Assembly (NCBI GenBank): GCA_944375905.1
Contig: CALWAS010000001.1
Coordinates: 1,540-65,539, forward strand
DNA from: an uncultured Bacilli bacterium
GTDB lineage: Bacteria > Bacillota_I > Bacilli_A > RFN20 > CAG-826
Reading direction: 5' to 3'
Length of the DNA stretch: 64,000 nt
Part shown: in pieces, positions 35,176-45,147 of the stretch
Position numbering within the stretch: the stretch's first letter is position 1
Layout of the letters: each line of letters starts with the position of its first letter
Notes under the pieces: generated by a model
What the model was told of the DNA's origin: nothing
Seen by the model: the letters and a program-made list of their open reading frames with translations, nothing else
Databases searched by the model: none
Translations under genes and position numbers: made by a program

Positions 35176-37644
35176 TTAATCATCCGCTTTCCGAAGAAAA
35201 TCCTTTGCCGCCTTTATGAGATGGCCATTGGCGAAGTCGACGAAGCCCTCGGCGACGTTATAGGGCATCGACTTTCCGGCCGACATCGACATCGACCGGG
35301 GGGATCCGCTTTCGAGGATCCTCGTAAGGAAGACGGCCCCCTTTTCCGCGTTGGCCTTTTCCTTTCCCTTCTCCATCTTCCTGGCCTTCTTGGCGATTTT
35401 CCTTGGGACCGAGAGGACGGCCGCGAGAAGGTAGCGCCCCGGAAGGGTAAGGGCGAAGTCGGCCAATGGAGACTCGAGGGTCAGCGGCTTTCGGCTCGGC
35501 TCGGCCGGGATCTTGAGCCCCGACATCGCCTCGAAGGCTGCACTATCAAGGGAAGAAAGCCGGCGGGCGTCGTATTCCTCGTTGATTTCCCTTTCGTAAG
35601 GAGCACACTCTTTCTCCCCGTCGATCTCGACGGAAAAGGAAGCAGCATCACGATGGGCGTCGCGCGAAAACGAGAAGCGGTACTTTCCCTTCTCGAGGAC
35701 GAAGCGCCCCTTCTTCGCATCGAAGTAGGAAAGATCGTCCTTCTTCACGATGATCAGGGCGGTTTTTTCCTCGCCGGGAGCTAGCCGCAGCTTGCACCAT
35801 CCCCTTAGTTCCTTCTTGGCCCGGAAGAAGGTTGGATCTTCCTTCGAGGAATAGATCTGGACGAGGTCGGAAGCTTCATGCTCCCCGATGTTTTTGACCT
35901 TGCAGGTGAAAGCGATGGCGTCACCCTTATCCTCGAAGGAAAAGCCCGACCAGTCGAAGGTCGTGTAAGTGAGCCCATAGCCGAAGGGGAAGCGGACCGC
36001 GAGGTCGGCGCTCTCGTAGTACCGGTAGCCGACATAGATGCTTTCCCGATAGATTTCGTTGACGTGCTTGCCGAAATCATTCCCAAAGGGAACGTCCGCA
36101 TAGGACAGGGGCCAGGTTTCGGCCAGGTGCCCGGATGGGGACGCCTTTCCGAGGAGAAGGTCCAAAACCGCCTCTCCCCCGGCTTGCCCGGGGAGGTACA
36201 TGTCGAGCACGGCCGCGCACTCGTCAAAGAAGGGAAGCTCGATGGGCGAGCCTCCGAAGAGGACGAGCACAACTTTCTTCCCGGCCTTCAATAGAGCATC
36301 GATAAGTCTCACCTGGTTCGATGGAAGGCCCATCGTCTTACGGTCGGCCCCTTCGCTTTCCGAATAGTCGTCAAGTCCCGCAAAAACGAGGGCAATTTGC
36401 CGATTTTCCCCGCAAAGTAGGGCTTCTTTAATCAAATCGCCGTCGTCGCTCTCCCCTTCCTCGCGATAGCCACGGGCAAAGGGAATGCCGATCTTTTCGT
36501 CGTCGAAGGCCTTTTTCGGGCTGACGATGCGCGTCGGGTTGATCATCGAGCTTCCCGCGCCCTGGTAACGCATGTTCTCGAACATGTCCCCGACGGCAAA
36601 GGCCGATTCGAGGCTTTCCTTAGTTAGAGGCAAAATGCCGTCGTTTTTCATAAGGACGGCCGAGGCGATGGCAATTTCCTTAGCGAGCCCATGATGGGCG
36701 TCGAAGCCAACTTCGGGGCAATTCTTGCCTTCGAGCGAGTATTCGTTGACTAGCTTTAGGACATTGGTAACGGCTTTATCGAGGCATGCTTCGTCTAGCT
36801 CGCCGTCCTCAATGGCATCCTTGATCCACTTTCGGCAGACGGAAGTGTCGCCCGGCATCTCGAGGTCGAGCCCGGCCTTGAGAGAAGGCACCCTCGAATG
36901 CATGGCTCCCCAATCGGTCATGACGAGGCCATCGAACCCCCACTCCCCGCGGAGGATGTCATTGAGCAACCATTCGTTCTCCGAGGCAAAGGTTCCGTTG
37001 ATGCGGTTATAGGAGGACATCACCGAAGAGGGACGGCCTTCCTTCACCGCTATTTCGAAGCTTTTGAGATAGATTTCCCTCATGGCCCGCATATCGGCGA
37101 CGCTATTGCCCATAAAGCGGTAATTTTCGCTGTTGTTCAGGGCGAAGTGCTTGAGGCAGGCGCCGATTCCCCTTTCCTCAAGGCCGCGTATTTCGCCGGC
37201 GGCCATCTTCCCGGAAAGAAGGGGATCCTCGCTGAAATACTCGAAGTTGCGGCCTCCGAGAGGATTGCGCTTGATGTTGGCTCCCGGTCCAAGGACGACG
37301 GAGACGCCATAGTGTGCGGCTTCCTCCCCTATCGCCTTTCCGATTTCCTCGCTAAGGGCCGGATCGAAGCTATTGGCAACCGTAGCCGCGGTCGGAAACG
37401 CCGTAGCCGGTTCGCTAATGGTGATCCCATTGTCCGATTCGCCCTTTTGCTTTCTTAGGCCATGAGGGCCGTCGCTCATCGAGATGGCCGGTATGGCTAG
37501 CCTTTCGACTTTGAAGGTATCCATGAAATTGGCGCCGGCGACGAGGCGAACTTTCTCGTCGAGCGTCAACTTAGGGAGAATCTCGTCAATATCTATTTTT
37601 TCCACAATGGAATTCTTGTCCTTTTTGGAAGCGCTTTCTTGCAT
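35176..37644 (-). CDS. GH3 beta-glucosidase (BglX-like)
   Basis: 822 aa with motifs SMSDGPHGLRK, GRNFEYFSEDP, VMTDWGAM and a C-terminal Fn3-like domain. Confidence 0.85.
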   Translation of the reverse strand: MQESASKKDKNSIVEKIDIDEILPKLTLDEKVRLVAGANFMDTFKVERLAIPAISMSDGPHGLRKQKGESDNGITISEPATAFPTAATVANSFDPALSEEIGKAIGEEAAHYGVSVVLGPGANIKRNPLGGRNFEYFSEDPLLSGKMAAGEIRGLEERGIGACLKHFALNNSENYRFMGNSVADMRAMREIYLKSFEIAVKEGRPSSVMSSYNRINGTFASENEWLLNDILRGEWGFDGLVMTDWGAMHSRVPSLKAGLDLEMPGDTSVCRKWIKDAIEDGELDEACLDKAVTNVLKLVNEYSLEGKNCPEVGFDAHHGLAKEIAIASAVLMKNDGILPLTKESLESAFAVGDMFENMRYQGAGSSMINPTRIVSPKKAFDDEKIGIPFARGYREEGESDDGDLIKEALLCGENRQIALVFAGLDDYSESEGADRKTMGLPSNQVRLIDALLKAGKKVVLVLFGGSPIELPFFDECAAVLDMYLPGQAGGEAVLDLLLGKASPSGHLAETWPLSYADVPFGNDFGKHVNEIYRESIYVGYRYYESADLAVRFPFGYGLTYTTFDWSGFSFEDKGDAIAFTCKVKNIGEHEASDLVQIYSSKEDPTFFRAKKELRGWCKLRLAPGEEKTALIIVKKDDLSYFDAKKGRFVLEKGKYRFSFSRDAHRDAASFSVEIDGEKECAPYEREINEEYDARRLSSLDSAAFEAMSGLKIPAEPSRKPLTLESPLADFALTLPGRYLLAAVLSVPRKIAKKARKMEKGKEKANAEKGAVFLTRILESGSPRSMSMSAGKSMPYNVAEGFVDFANGHLIKAAKDFLRKADD

Positions 37645-37690
37645 TTTTGTTTTCTATTTCGTATAAATGTTTTGAAATGAAAGGGCTTCC

Positions 37691-38860
37691 ATGGACGAGG
37701 CAACGCTGATTTCCTATCTAGGTTTAACCAATCGGGCTTCGGCGATACCGATTCGTTATCGCCCAAAAGGCAACCCGACGCGAAGTACCGGCCTCGATGG
37801 ATTTCCGGTCGATCCCCTGGCACCGACATGCCGCGACCTTGAAGGCCTCGAGGAGCGGCTTTTCTACGGTTTCGACGGTAATGGTCAGGGATTCGCTTCC
37901 TATTGCGGCACGGATTTCCAAATCGTTGCAGGACCCATCATTACGGCGAGAAAAGAAAATGCGGAAATTGCATCAATAGCCCTTGCTGCCTCGTGCCCTA
38001 GTTCGGAAACCGAGGCTTTCCGCAAGGCCTATTCGGAAATCCCGATGTCAAGTCTTAGCAAGCTTCTCGCCCTCCTTCTTTCCGTCGCGACGGCCGTCGA
38101 GGGCCGCACCCTCGACATCGCGGAACTTTCCTTTCCCGCCGATCCCTCTTACCCCGAAGAAAAGGCAAGGGTCGAAAACGCCACCAACAACTCAATCGAG
38201 ATCGAAAGGAAGATCCTCGCTTTCGTCGAACGAGGCGACATTGACGGCTTCCGCGAATGGGCACAGAGTTTCCCGACGGTCGAGGCCGGGACGTTGGCCA
38301 AGGAGCAGCTCCGACAGCTCAAGGACATCTTCATCTGCACGGCGACCGTCGTTTCCCGAGCCGCAATCGCCGGCGGGCTTTCCGCGAATGAATCGCTCTC
38401 CCTTTCCGATGCCTACATCCAAGAGGACGAAGCGGCATCGAGTGCCGACGCGATCATCAAACTCCAGTTCCGCATGGTGGGCGACTACGTCCGCCGCGTT
38501 CACCTGCTTACCAACGGAAAGGAGCTTTCGCCCCTCGGGAAAAAGGTGGCACGCTATTGCCGGGAGCATCTTTACGAGCCCCTTCGAACCGAGGAACTTG
38601 CCAAGTCGCTATTCATGTCCCGTTCCTATCTTTCGACCACTTTCAAAAAGGAAAACGGAGAGACTCTCGTCGAATACTTCCAGCGCTTCAAATGCGAGGA
38701 AGCCAAGCGGCTTCTCCGCCAAAGCGAATCCTCCTTAGCCGAAATATTGTCTTATCTCGCCTTCTCTTCCCCGTCGCATTTCGCGCGCGTCTTCAAGAAA
38801 GTCGTCGGGGTTTCCCCGATCGAATACCGTCGAAATGGCCGCGATCAGCGAACCGGATAG
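37691..38860 (+). CDS. AraC-family transcriptional regulator
   Basis: C-terminal double HTH LAKSLFMSRSYLSTTFKKENGETLVEYFQRFKCEEAKRLLRQSESSLAEILSYLAFSSPSHFARVFKKVVGVSPIEYRR. It is divergent from the GH3 operon. Confidence 0.85.
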   Translation: MDEATLISYLGLTNRASAIPIRYRPKGNPTRSTGLDGFPVDPLAPTCRDLEGLEERLFYGFDGNGQGFASYCGTDFQIVAGPIITARKENAEIASIALAASCPSSETEAFRKAYSEIPMSSLSKLLALLLSVATAVEGRTLDIAELSFPADPSYPEEKARVENATNNSIEIERKILAFVERGDIDGFREWAQSFPTVEAGTLAKEQLRQLKDIFICTATVVSRAAIAGGLSANESLSLSDAYIQEDEAASSADAIIKLQFRMVGDYVRRVHLLTNGKELSPLGKKVARYCREHLYEPLRTEELAKSLFMSRSYLSTTFKKENGETLVEYFQRFKCEEAKRLLRQSESSLAEILSYLAFSSPSHFARVFKKVVGVSPIEYRRNGRDQRTG

Positions 38861-39327
38861 GTCTTCGCCTTCGTCATCTTCGAGAGAAGATCGAGGAATT
38901 CGACTTCCTCGTGGCCTAGCCCGACGAAGGAAACGAACACCGAGTTTCGATAGGACGTCCCTAGGAAGAAGCCGTACTTCCGCCGCTCGCAATAGGAAAG
39001 CGGGATTTCCTTTTCCCGGAACTCATGGCCGAGGAACGAGCCTTTGACTTTCATCTTCCCGCTTTCGTAAACGGTTATTTCCTTTACGACGGCCAATGGG
39101 AAATACGGCCTTGTGACAAGCAGGAGAAGAAAGGGGACGATAAGCCCCAAAACCGCGATGGCAGCCCCGATTAAGGGCAAGCTGATGCCGTCGATTCGGA
39201 AGAAAGTGGTGATCAGCCCTCCGACGAAGAGAAAGGCCGAGACGATGTAGGCCCAGCTGTCGCGCCCGGCCATCGGGGTCAACTCGGCCCGGTCCCGGCA
39301 AGAAGAAACAATGCGTTTGGGAAACAT
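38845..39327 (-). CDS. small membrane protein (2 TM + beta-rich C-terminal domain)
   Basis: WAYIVSAFLFVGGLITTFF and LPLIGAAIAVLGLIVPFLLLLV. It converges on the AraC gene with a 16 bp end overlap. Confidence 0.55.
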   Translation of the reverse strand: MFPKRIVSSCRDRAELTPMAGRDSWAYIVSAFLFVGGLITTFFRIDGISLPLIGAAIAVLGLIVPFLLLLVTRPYFPLAVVKEITVYESGKMKVKGSFLGHEFREKEIPLSYCERRKYGFFLGTSYRNSVFVSFVGLGHEEVEFLDLLSKMTKAKTYPVR

Positions 39328-39378
39328 GGCTAAATATTATTACCCTCAGCCGTTTTCTCGAAGTGGGATAATGAGCCC

Positions 39379-39549
39379 ATGAAACCTTTTGACGACTCCT
39401 TCTTCGACATGATGGTGTCCTCCTCTTTCGGGAACGATGCCACGCGAAAGGGCGGCTACGTCCGCAAGTGCCCGAAATGCGGCGCCCGGCTGAAACTCGA
39501 CGATGACGGCGTCTGGTCCTGCCCGAAGGGCCACTACCGCCATCCCTGA
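39379..39549 (+). CDS. 56 aa zinc-ribbon protein (not in the ORF track, below 60 aa)
   Basis: MKPFDDSFFDMMVSSSFGNDATRKGGYVRKCPKCGARLKLDDDGVWSCPKGHYRHP contains CPKC...CPKGH. GC3-rich codon usage is like its neighbours. The SD is weak. Confidence 0.4.
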   Translation: MKPFDDSFFDMMVSSSFGNDATRKGGYVRKCPKCGARLKLDDDGVWSCPKGHYRHP

Positions 39550-39591
39550 TTCGACGCATCCGTCCTCTATAGAGGACTGGCTTGCCTTATA

Positions 39592-42570
39592 ATGGGCGGG
39601 ATGTCATTCGTCCCCCTTTTCGTTAGAAGCGGCTTCTCTTACCTCTCTTCGTCCCTCCGGGCGGAGCTAATTCCTTCCCTCGCCAAGAAGCGGGGATCGA
39701 AGGCGGTTTGCATCGCCGACCGGAATTTGGCTGGCTACGCGCCTTTTTGCCACGCCGCGATGAAAGAGGACATAGCGCCGCTATACGGGTTCGAGGCTCC
39801 GCTTGAAAAAGGAAGCGTCGTCCTCATCGTCAAAGACGAAAGCGGCTACCGCGAATTGCTCCGCCTTTCCTATCTCGCCTCGACGCGCGAACTCCTCGAG
39901 GACGACATCGACTTCTCAAATCCCGGCCTCATCTCGATTGCCTTGCCCTCTTGTTCGGAGACGGCAATGGCAAAGTCTTCCTACATAGGCCTTCCCTATT
40001 CGCTTCCCATCGATTCGAGAAACGGGCTCCGAAAGAAATTTGCCTCCCGCCTCGTCGCCCTTCCCCTCATCTCCTATTTCGACGAGGACGACCAGATATC
40101 GCTCAAGATCCTGACGAGCGTCGAGAGGAAAGTCGCGCTCGACGAACTGAATGAAATTCCTGACAGCCACTGGCCGAGCGAAGAGGAAGTGGCCACCTAC
40201 TATACGGAAGGCGAAATTGCCTTAACGGAAAAGATAGCCGCGCTTTGCAAGGGATTTTCCCTCATCGAAAAAAGGGGGCACCTGCTTTCCTTCCCGCTTC
40301 CGGAAGGGGAAAGCGCCGAAACGTACTTGAAAAAGAAGGCGACGGAAGGGCTATTGGAAAGGAAAGGCAAAATCGAGGAGGCCTACCGCAAAAGGCTCGA
40401 CTACGAGCTATCCGTCATCGACCAAATGGGCTATGCCTCCTATTTCCTCATCGTCCAGGACTATGTCCGCTATGCGAAGGAACACGGCATATCGGTCGGC
40501 CCCGGACGGGGATCGGCGGCCGGTTCCCTCGTTGCCTATGCCCTAGGGATCGTCGAGCCAGATCCGATCGAGCACGGTCTCATCTTCGAGCGCTTCCTCA
40601 ATCCCGAGCGGAAGACGATGCCGGATATCGACGTCGATTTCTCCGACGTGAGAAGGGACGAAGTCGTCGCCTACCTTTTCTCCCGTTACCCGGATAAGCG
40701 GGTCGGGCGGGTGCTTACCACCCAGACCATCGGGGCCAAGGAAGCCCTGAGGGATGCCGGACGCTCACTCGGCTATACCGACCGCGAGGTCTCCCTCCTT
40801 TCCTCTTCCATTGAGAACCCCTACATCAGCCTGCGGGAGAACTACCGGGCCAGCCGAGAATTCCACGACCTCGTTAAGGGCGATCCCTATTATCTAAAAC
40901 TCGCCGCGATGGGCGTGAAAATCGAGGGTCTCCCCCGGCAAAAAGGCATCCACGCGGCCGGCGTCGTCATCGACGAACACCCGCTCCCTTCCGTGGCTCC
41001 CTCGCGGGAGGAAGAAGGAAACGGCCTCGTCGTCAATCTCGAGAAGGACTATCTCGAGGAACAGGGCTTCCTAAAGTTCGACATCCTCGGCCTCCGGAAC
41101 CTTTCCATCCTCGACCTCATGCTCGAACTCGTCGCCGCGGACGGCGGCCACCGCCTTTCCTACGCCGACCTCGACATAAACGACAAGGACGCGATTAAGC
41201 TCATCGCCGAAGGCAAGACCATGGGGCTCTTCCAGCTCGAGTCGGAAGGCATGAGGAAGGCCGTAAGGGAAGTCGCCCCCACGAGCTTCAATGACGTCGC
41301 GGCCATCCTCGCCCTTTACCGTCCGGGCCCCATGCAGTCGATCCCGTCCTTCGCCCGGAGGAAGAAAGGGCTCGAGAGGGTAAGCTACCCCGCCAAGGAA
41401 CTCGCCCCGATCCTCGATGAGACATATGGCATCATCGTCTATCAGGAACAGATCATGCTCTTGGCCGAGGCATATGCCGGCTACTCCTTTGGGGAGGCCG
41501 ACGTCCTTCGCCGGGCCATCTCCAAGAAGAACCGCGAGGCCATGCTCGCCGGGCGGAGCTCCTTCATCGAGCGGAGCGTGAAAAAGGGCCATCCGGAAAG
41601 CGAGGCCAGCCGGGTCTATGACCTCATCGAGCGCTTCGCAAGCTATGGCTTCAACAAGTCCCACGCGGTGAGCTACGCCTATCTTTCGATGTACCTTGCT
41701 TACGTAAAAGCCCATTATCCAGCGCCTTTTTACGCGGGATATCTCTCTTTCCTTTCGATTGGCGACCCCAAATTCAACCTCACGCTCGGGGAGATGAGGG
41801 AAAAGGGCCTCGCCCTTTCCTCACCCTCGATCGACGGACCTTATTTCCACTTCGCCCCGAAGGACGGGAAAATCAGGATTCCCCTCTCCTACGTGAAGGG
41901 GCTTCCTTCTCCCCTCGTCAAGGGCATCGCCGAGGAAAGGAAGAAGGGGCCGTTCCTCGATTACTTCGATTTGGCGAGGCGCCTCATCGCCTACGGGCTC
42001 AAGCAAGAGCATCTCGTCGCCCTCGGCGACAGCGGGGCGCTCGACGGGCTTGGCGAATCGCGGACGACCTTGAGGGCCAATAGCTACCGGGCCCTGCAGT
42101 ATGCAACCCTCTTCGTCGGGGAAAGCGGCATGGAATGCCTGCTCGACCTCCACATCGCCCCGCCTTCCCTCGATCGGAGGGAAAGCGACCCCCGGATCGA
42201 CTTCGACGCCGAGGAGGACGCCCTCGGGATGATCGTCTCTTCCTCGCCGTTCCTTCCTTACGAGGAAGACATCGAGGGCTCGGGCGCCTTGCCCCTTGCC
42301 GAAGGGCTATTGAATGATCGCTCGAAGGTCTATTGCCTGCTTGAAAGCGCGAAGGCCATCGTGACGAAAAGGGGGAAGAAAATGGCCTTTCTCGCCGTCC
42401 ACGACGAAACGATCCACGCCGAGGGAATATGCTTCGAGGACACCTACAATCGATGCTATCCCTTCCTCAAGAAGGGAAACGCCCTCCTTCTTACGATCGA
42501 GAAGGACCGCCGGAGCGAGGGGAAGTTCATCGTTGACGATGTTAGGCCCCTCAGGGAAAAAGGAGAATAG
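39592..42570 (+). CDS. dnaE: DNA polymerase III alpha subunit (DnaE type)
   Basis: PHP domain FVPLFVRSGFSYL; motifs GRGSAAGSLVAYALGI, PDIDVDF, GLLKFDILGLRNL. The start may instead be ATG 39601. Confidence 0.9.
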   Translation: MGGMSFVPLFVRSGFSYLSSSLRAELIPSLAKKRGSKAVCIADRNLAGYAPFCHAAMKEDIAPLYGFEAPLEKGSVVLIVKDESGYRELLRLSYLASTRELLEDDIDFSNPGLISIALPSCSETAMAKSSYIGLPYSLPIDSRNGLRKKFASRLVALPLISYFDEDDQISLKILTSVERKVALDELNEIPDSHWPSEEEVATYYTEGEIALTEKIAALCKGFSLIEKRGHLLSFPLPEGESAETYLKKKATEGLLERKGKIEEAYRKRLDYELSVIDQMGYASYFLIVQDYVRYAKEHGISVGPGRGSAAGSLVAYALGIVEPDPIEHGLIFERFLNPERKTMPDIDVDFSDVRRDEVVAYLFSRYPDKRVGRVLTTQTIGAKEALRDAGRSLGYTDREVSLLSSSIENPYISLRENYRASREFHDLVKGDPYYLKLAAMGVKIEGLPRQKGIHAAGVVIDEHPLPSVAPSREEEGNGLVVNLEKDYLEEQGFLKFDILGLRNLSILDLMLELVAADGGHRLSYADLDINDKDAIKLIAEGKTMGLFQLESEGMRKAVREVAPTSFNDVAAILALYRPGPMQSIPSFARRKKGLERVSYPAKELAPILDETYGIIVYQEQIMLLAEAYAGYSFGEADVLRRAISKKNREAMLAGRSSFIERSVKKGHPESEASRVYDLIERFASYGFNKSHAVSYAYLSMYLAYVKAHYPAPFYAGYLSFLSIGDPKFNLTLGEMREKGLALSSPSIDGPYFHFAPKDGKIRIPLSYVKGLPSPLVKGIAEERKKGPFLDYFDLARRLIAYGLKQEHLVALGDSGALDGLGESRTTLRANSYRALQYATLFVGESGMECLLDLHIAPPSLDRRESDPRIDFDAEEDALGMIVSSSPFLPYEEDIEGSGALPLAEGLLNDRSKVYCLLESAKAIVTKRGKKMAFLAVHDETIHAEGICFEDTYNRCYPFLKKGNALLLTIEKDRRSEGKFIVDDVRPLREKGE

Positions 42571-42572
42571 AG

Positions 42573-45146
42573 ATGGCTAAGCTTGTCGTTGTCGACGGAA
42601 ACTCGCTGCTCTTCCGCGGTTTCTACGCGACTTACCGGGGAAAGGATTCCCCCATCATGAGAAATAGGGACGGAGTGCCGACGAATGCCATATTCGCCTT
42701 CGCGAACATGCTTTCGAAGGTCGTGGCCGGACTTCAATCCGGCGATTACCTCTTCGTCGCCTTCGATGCCGACAGCCAGACCTTCCGCAAGGAAGAGCTT
42801 TCCTCCTACAAGGCCAACCGGGCCCCGTGCCCCGAGGAGCTCAAGCCCCAGTTCCCGATATCCCGGGAGATGCTGACATCGATGGGCGTCTTCTACTATG
42901 AGCTCCATGGCTTCGAGGCCGACGACCTCGCCGGGACGGTTGCCTCCCTCGGGGAAAAGGCCGGGCTCAAGGTCGACATCTACACTTCGGACAAGGACTA
43001 CCTCCAGCTCGTCTCGCCCCTCGTGAGCGTCGAGCTAATGAAAGTCGGCCTCAGCAACATCGTCGAGGTGACGCCCGAGAACATCGTCTCCCTATTCGGC
43101 TACACCGCTCCCCAGACCGTCGACTTCAAGGGGCTAAGGGGCGATGCCTCGGATAACCTGAGCGGCATCCCCGGCATCGGGGAGAAGGGCGCGGTCAAGC
43201 TCCTAGCCAAATACGGCACCTTCGAGAACATCGTCGCCCATGCCGAGGAAATCGGGGGCAAGACCGGGAAGGCCATTCTCGAGCATCAGGAAGAAGGGCG
43301 TCTTTCCTATCGCCTGGCCAAGATCAAGCGCGACGTCGAGTTGCCCTTCGGCCTCGACGACCTTCTCTACCGGGGCTATGACGGGGAAGAGGCATCTCGC
43401 TTTGCCGCGAAGTACGATCTAAGGACCTACGTCGCCCACCTTCCTTCTTCCTGGCGGAGGCAAAAAGAGAGCGAGAAGGCCGAAATCCTCCCCAAAACCG
43501 CCCTTTCTTCCATCCTTTCGAAGGAAAAGGTCGGAATCTACGTCGATCTCGGAAGCGAGCTTTACCACGATGCCGAGATCTTCGGGATGGCTTTTTCCGA
43601 CGGGGAAGGAGCCGTCTACCTTTCCAAGGAGGACATCGCGTCCGACCTCGAGGAAATGAAGGCTTTCTTTTCATCCTCGACCCGCGTCTATGCCTATAGC
43701 GTCAAGGAGCTCGCCTATGTCCTCCACCGGCTCGGCATCGACTTCCTAAATCCCTACGAAGACCTTCTCTCGGGAGCCTATCTCCTCTCCCCGGACATCG
43801 CCCAGAAGAAAGAAGCGGCCTACGCCTCTTTGTCCCTCCCCTACCATTTCGACGCTGAAAAGCGCGAGGAATCGTCTTCTTCCCTTGCTAGGGAGGCCCT
43901 CCTTTTCGATAACGCCATCGCCCGGCTAAAGGAAGAAGGGCTCTTTGCCCTCTATGAAAACGTCGAGCGTCCCCTTGCCCTCGTCCTCGAGAGGATGGAG
44001 GAGGAAGGCGTTCCCCTCAAAAAGGAAGTCCTTAAGAAGCTGGGCGATGCCTTCGCCTATAGCCGCGACAAGGCCGAGGAGAAAGTCGATCAGGCGGCCG
44101 GTGGGGAAAAGGTGAACCTCAACTCTCCAAAGCAGATCGCCGCCCTTCTCTTCGACCGGCTGGGCTTACCCAACATCAAGAAAGGATCGACTTCGGTCGA
44201 CGTTCTCAAGGAACTCGCCAAAAGCTATCCGATCGCCGAGGACATCTTGGCCTACCGCAAGTACGCGAAGCTCGTCTCGACCTACGTGGAGGGGCTTCTC
44301 CCCCACCTTGCCGAGGACGGGAAGATCCACACTTATTTCAATCAGGCACTCACCGCGACCGGCCGTCTCTCCTCAAGCGAGCCGAACCTCCAGAACATCG
44401 CGAGCAAAGACGAGGAGGGAAGCCTCGTGAAGGAGGCTTTCCTCTATGAGGACGGGAGCTATTTCCTTTCGCTCGACTATTCCCAGATCGAGCTCCGGGT
44501 CCTTGCCTCGATGAGCGGGTCGAAGGCCTACATCGAGACTTTTGAGAGGGGAATCGACGTCCACGAGGAAACCGCCCGGCGGATCTTCCATGTCGAAAGC
44601 CCGACCCATCTCGAAAGAAGGAAGGCCAAGGCCGTGAACTTCGCGGTCGTCTACGGCTCCACCGCCTTCGGACTTAGCGAGCAGATCGGCTGCTCCCCGG
44701 CGGAAGCATCGGCGCTCGTAAACGATTTCTACGAACACTACCCCGAGGTCAAAAGCTACCTCGACGGGGCCGTTGAATTTGCCATAAAGCATGGCTACTG
44801 CACGACCATGTTCGGGAGGAGGCGCTATTTGCCCGACCTCCACTCGCCAAAGTTCCAGCTCAAGGAAGCGGCGCGCCGCCAGGCGATGAACGCCCCGATC
44901 CAAGGCACGGCCGCCGACATCATCAAGATGGCCATGCTCAAAGTCGATTCCCTCCTCAAAGAGGGCGGATATCGGACGAAGATGGTCCTCCAGATCCACG
45001 ACGAGCTCATCTTCAAGGTGCCCGAGGACGAGAAGGAAGCCGTCTATCCCCTTCTCAAGAAGGCCATGGAAGGGGCGGCTTCGCTCAAAGTCCCACTCGT
45101 CGTGGCCGGAGGATACGGGAAAACATGGAAGGAGGCAAAGGACTAA
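42573..45146 (+). CDS. polA: DNA polymerase I
   Basis: 5' nuclease N-terminus MAKLVVVDGNSLLFRGFYA; polymerase motifs DYSQIELRVLA and QIHDELIF. It starts 2 nt after the dnaE stop. Confidence 0.92.
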   Translation: MAKLVVVDGNSLLFRGFYATYRGKDSPIMRNRDGVPTNAIFAFANMLSKVVAGLQSGDYLFVAFDADSQTFRKEELSSYKANRAPCPEELKPQFPISREMLTSMGVFYYELHGFEADDLAGTVASLGEKAGLKVDIYTSDKDYLQLVSPLVSVELMKVGLSNIVEVTPENIVSLFGYTAPQTVDFKGLRGDASDNLSGIPGIGEKGAVKLLAKYGTFENIVAHAEEIGGKTGKAILEHQEEGRLSYRLAKIKRDVELPFGLDDLLYRGYDGEEASRFAAKYDLRTYVAHLPSSWRRQKESEKAEILPKTALSSILSKEKVGIYVDLGSELYHDAEIFGMAFSDGEGAVYLSKEDIASDLEEMKAFFSSSTRVYAYSVKELAYVLHRLGIDFLNPYEDLLSGAYLLSPDIAQKKEAAYASLSLPYHFDAEKREESSSSLAREALLFDNAIARLKEEGLFALYENVERPLALVLERMEEEGVPLKKEVLKKLGDAFAYSRDKAEEKVDQAAGGEKVNLNSPKQIAALLFDRLGLPNIKKGSTSVDVLKELAKSYPIAEDILAYRKYAKLVSTYVEGLLPHLAEDGKIHTYFNQALTATGRLSSSEPNLQNIASKDEEGSLVKEAFLYEDGSYFLSLDYSQIELRVLASMSGSKAYIETFERGIDVHEETARRIFHVESPTHLERRKAKAVNFAVVYGSTAFGLSEQIGCSPAEASALVNDFYEHYPEVKSYLDGAVEFAIKHGYCTTMFGRRRYLPDLHSPKFQLKEAARRQAMNAPIQGTAADIIKMAMLKVDSLLKEGGYRTKMVLQIHDELIFKVPEDEKEAVYPLLKKAMEGAASLKVPLVVAGGYGKTWKEAKD

Positions 45147-45147
45147 C

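Noticed and set aside
39346-39543. 65 aa minus-strand ORF from the track.
   Set aside because: It is Ala/Gly/Val/Arg-rich with no SD. The + strand zinc-ribbon ORF in the same place is more protein-like.
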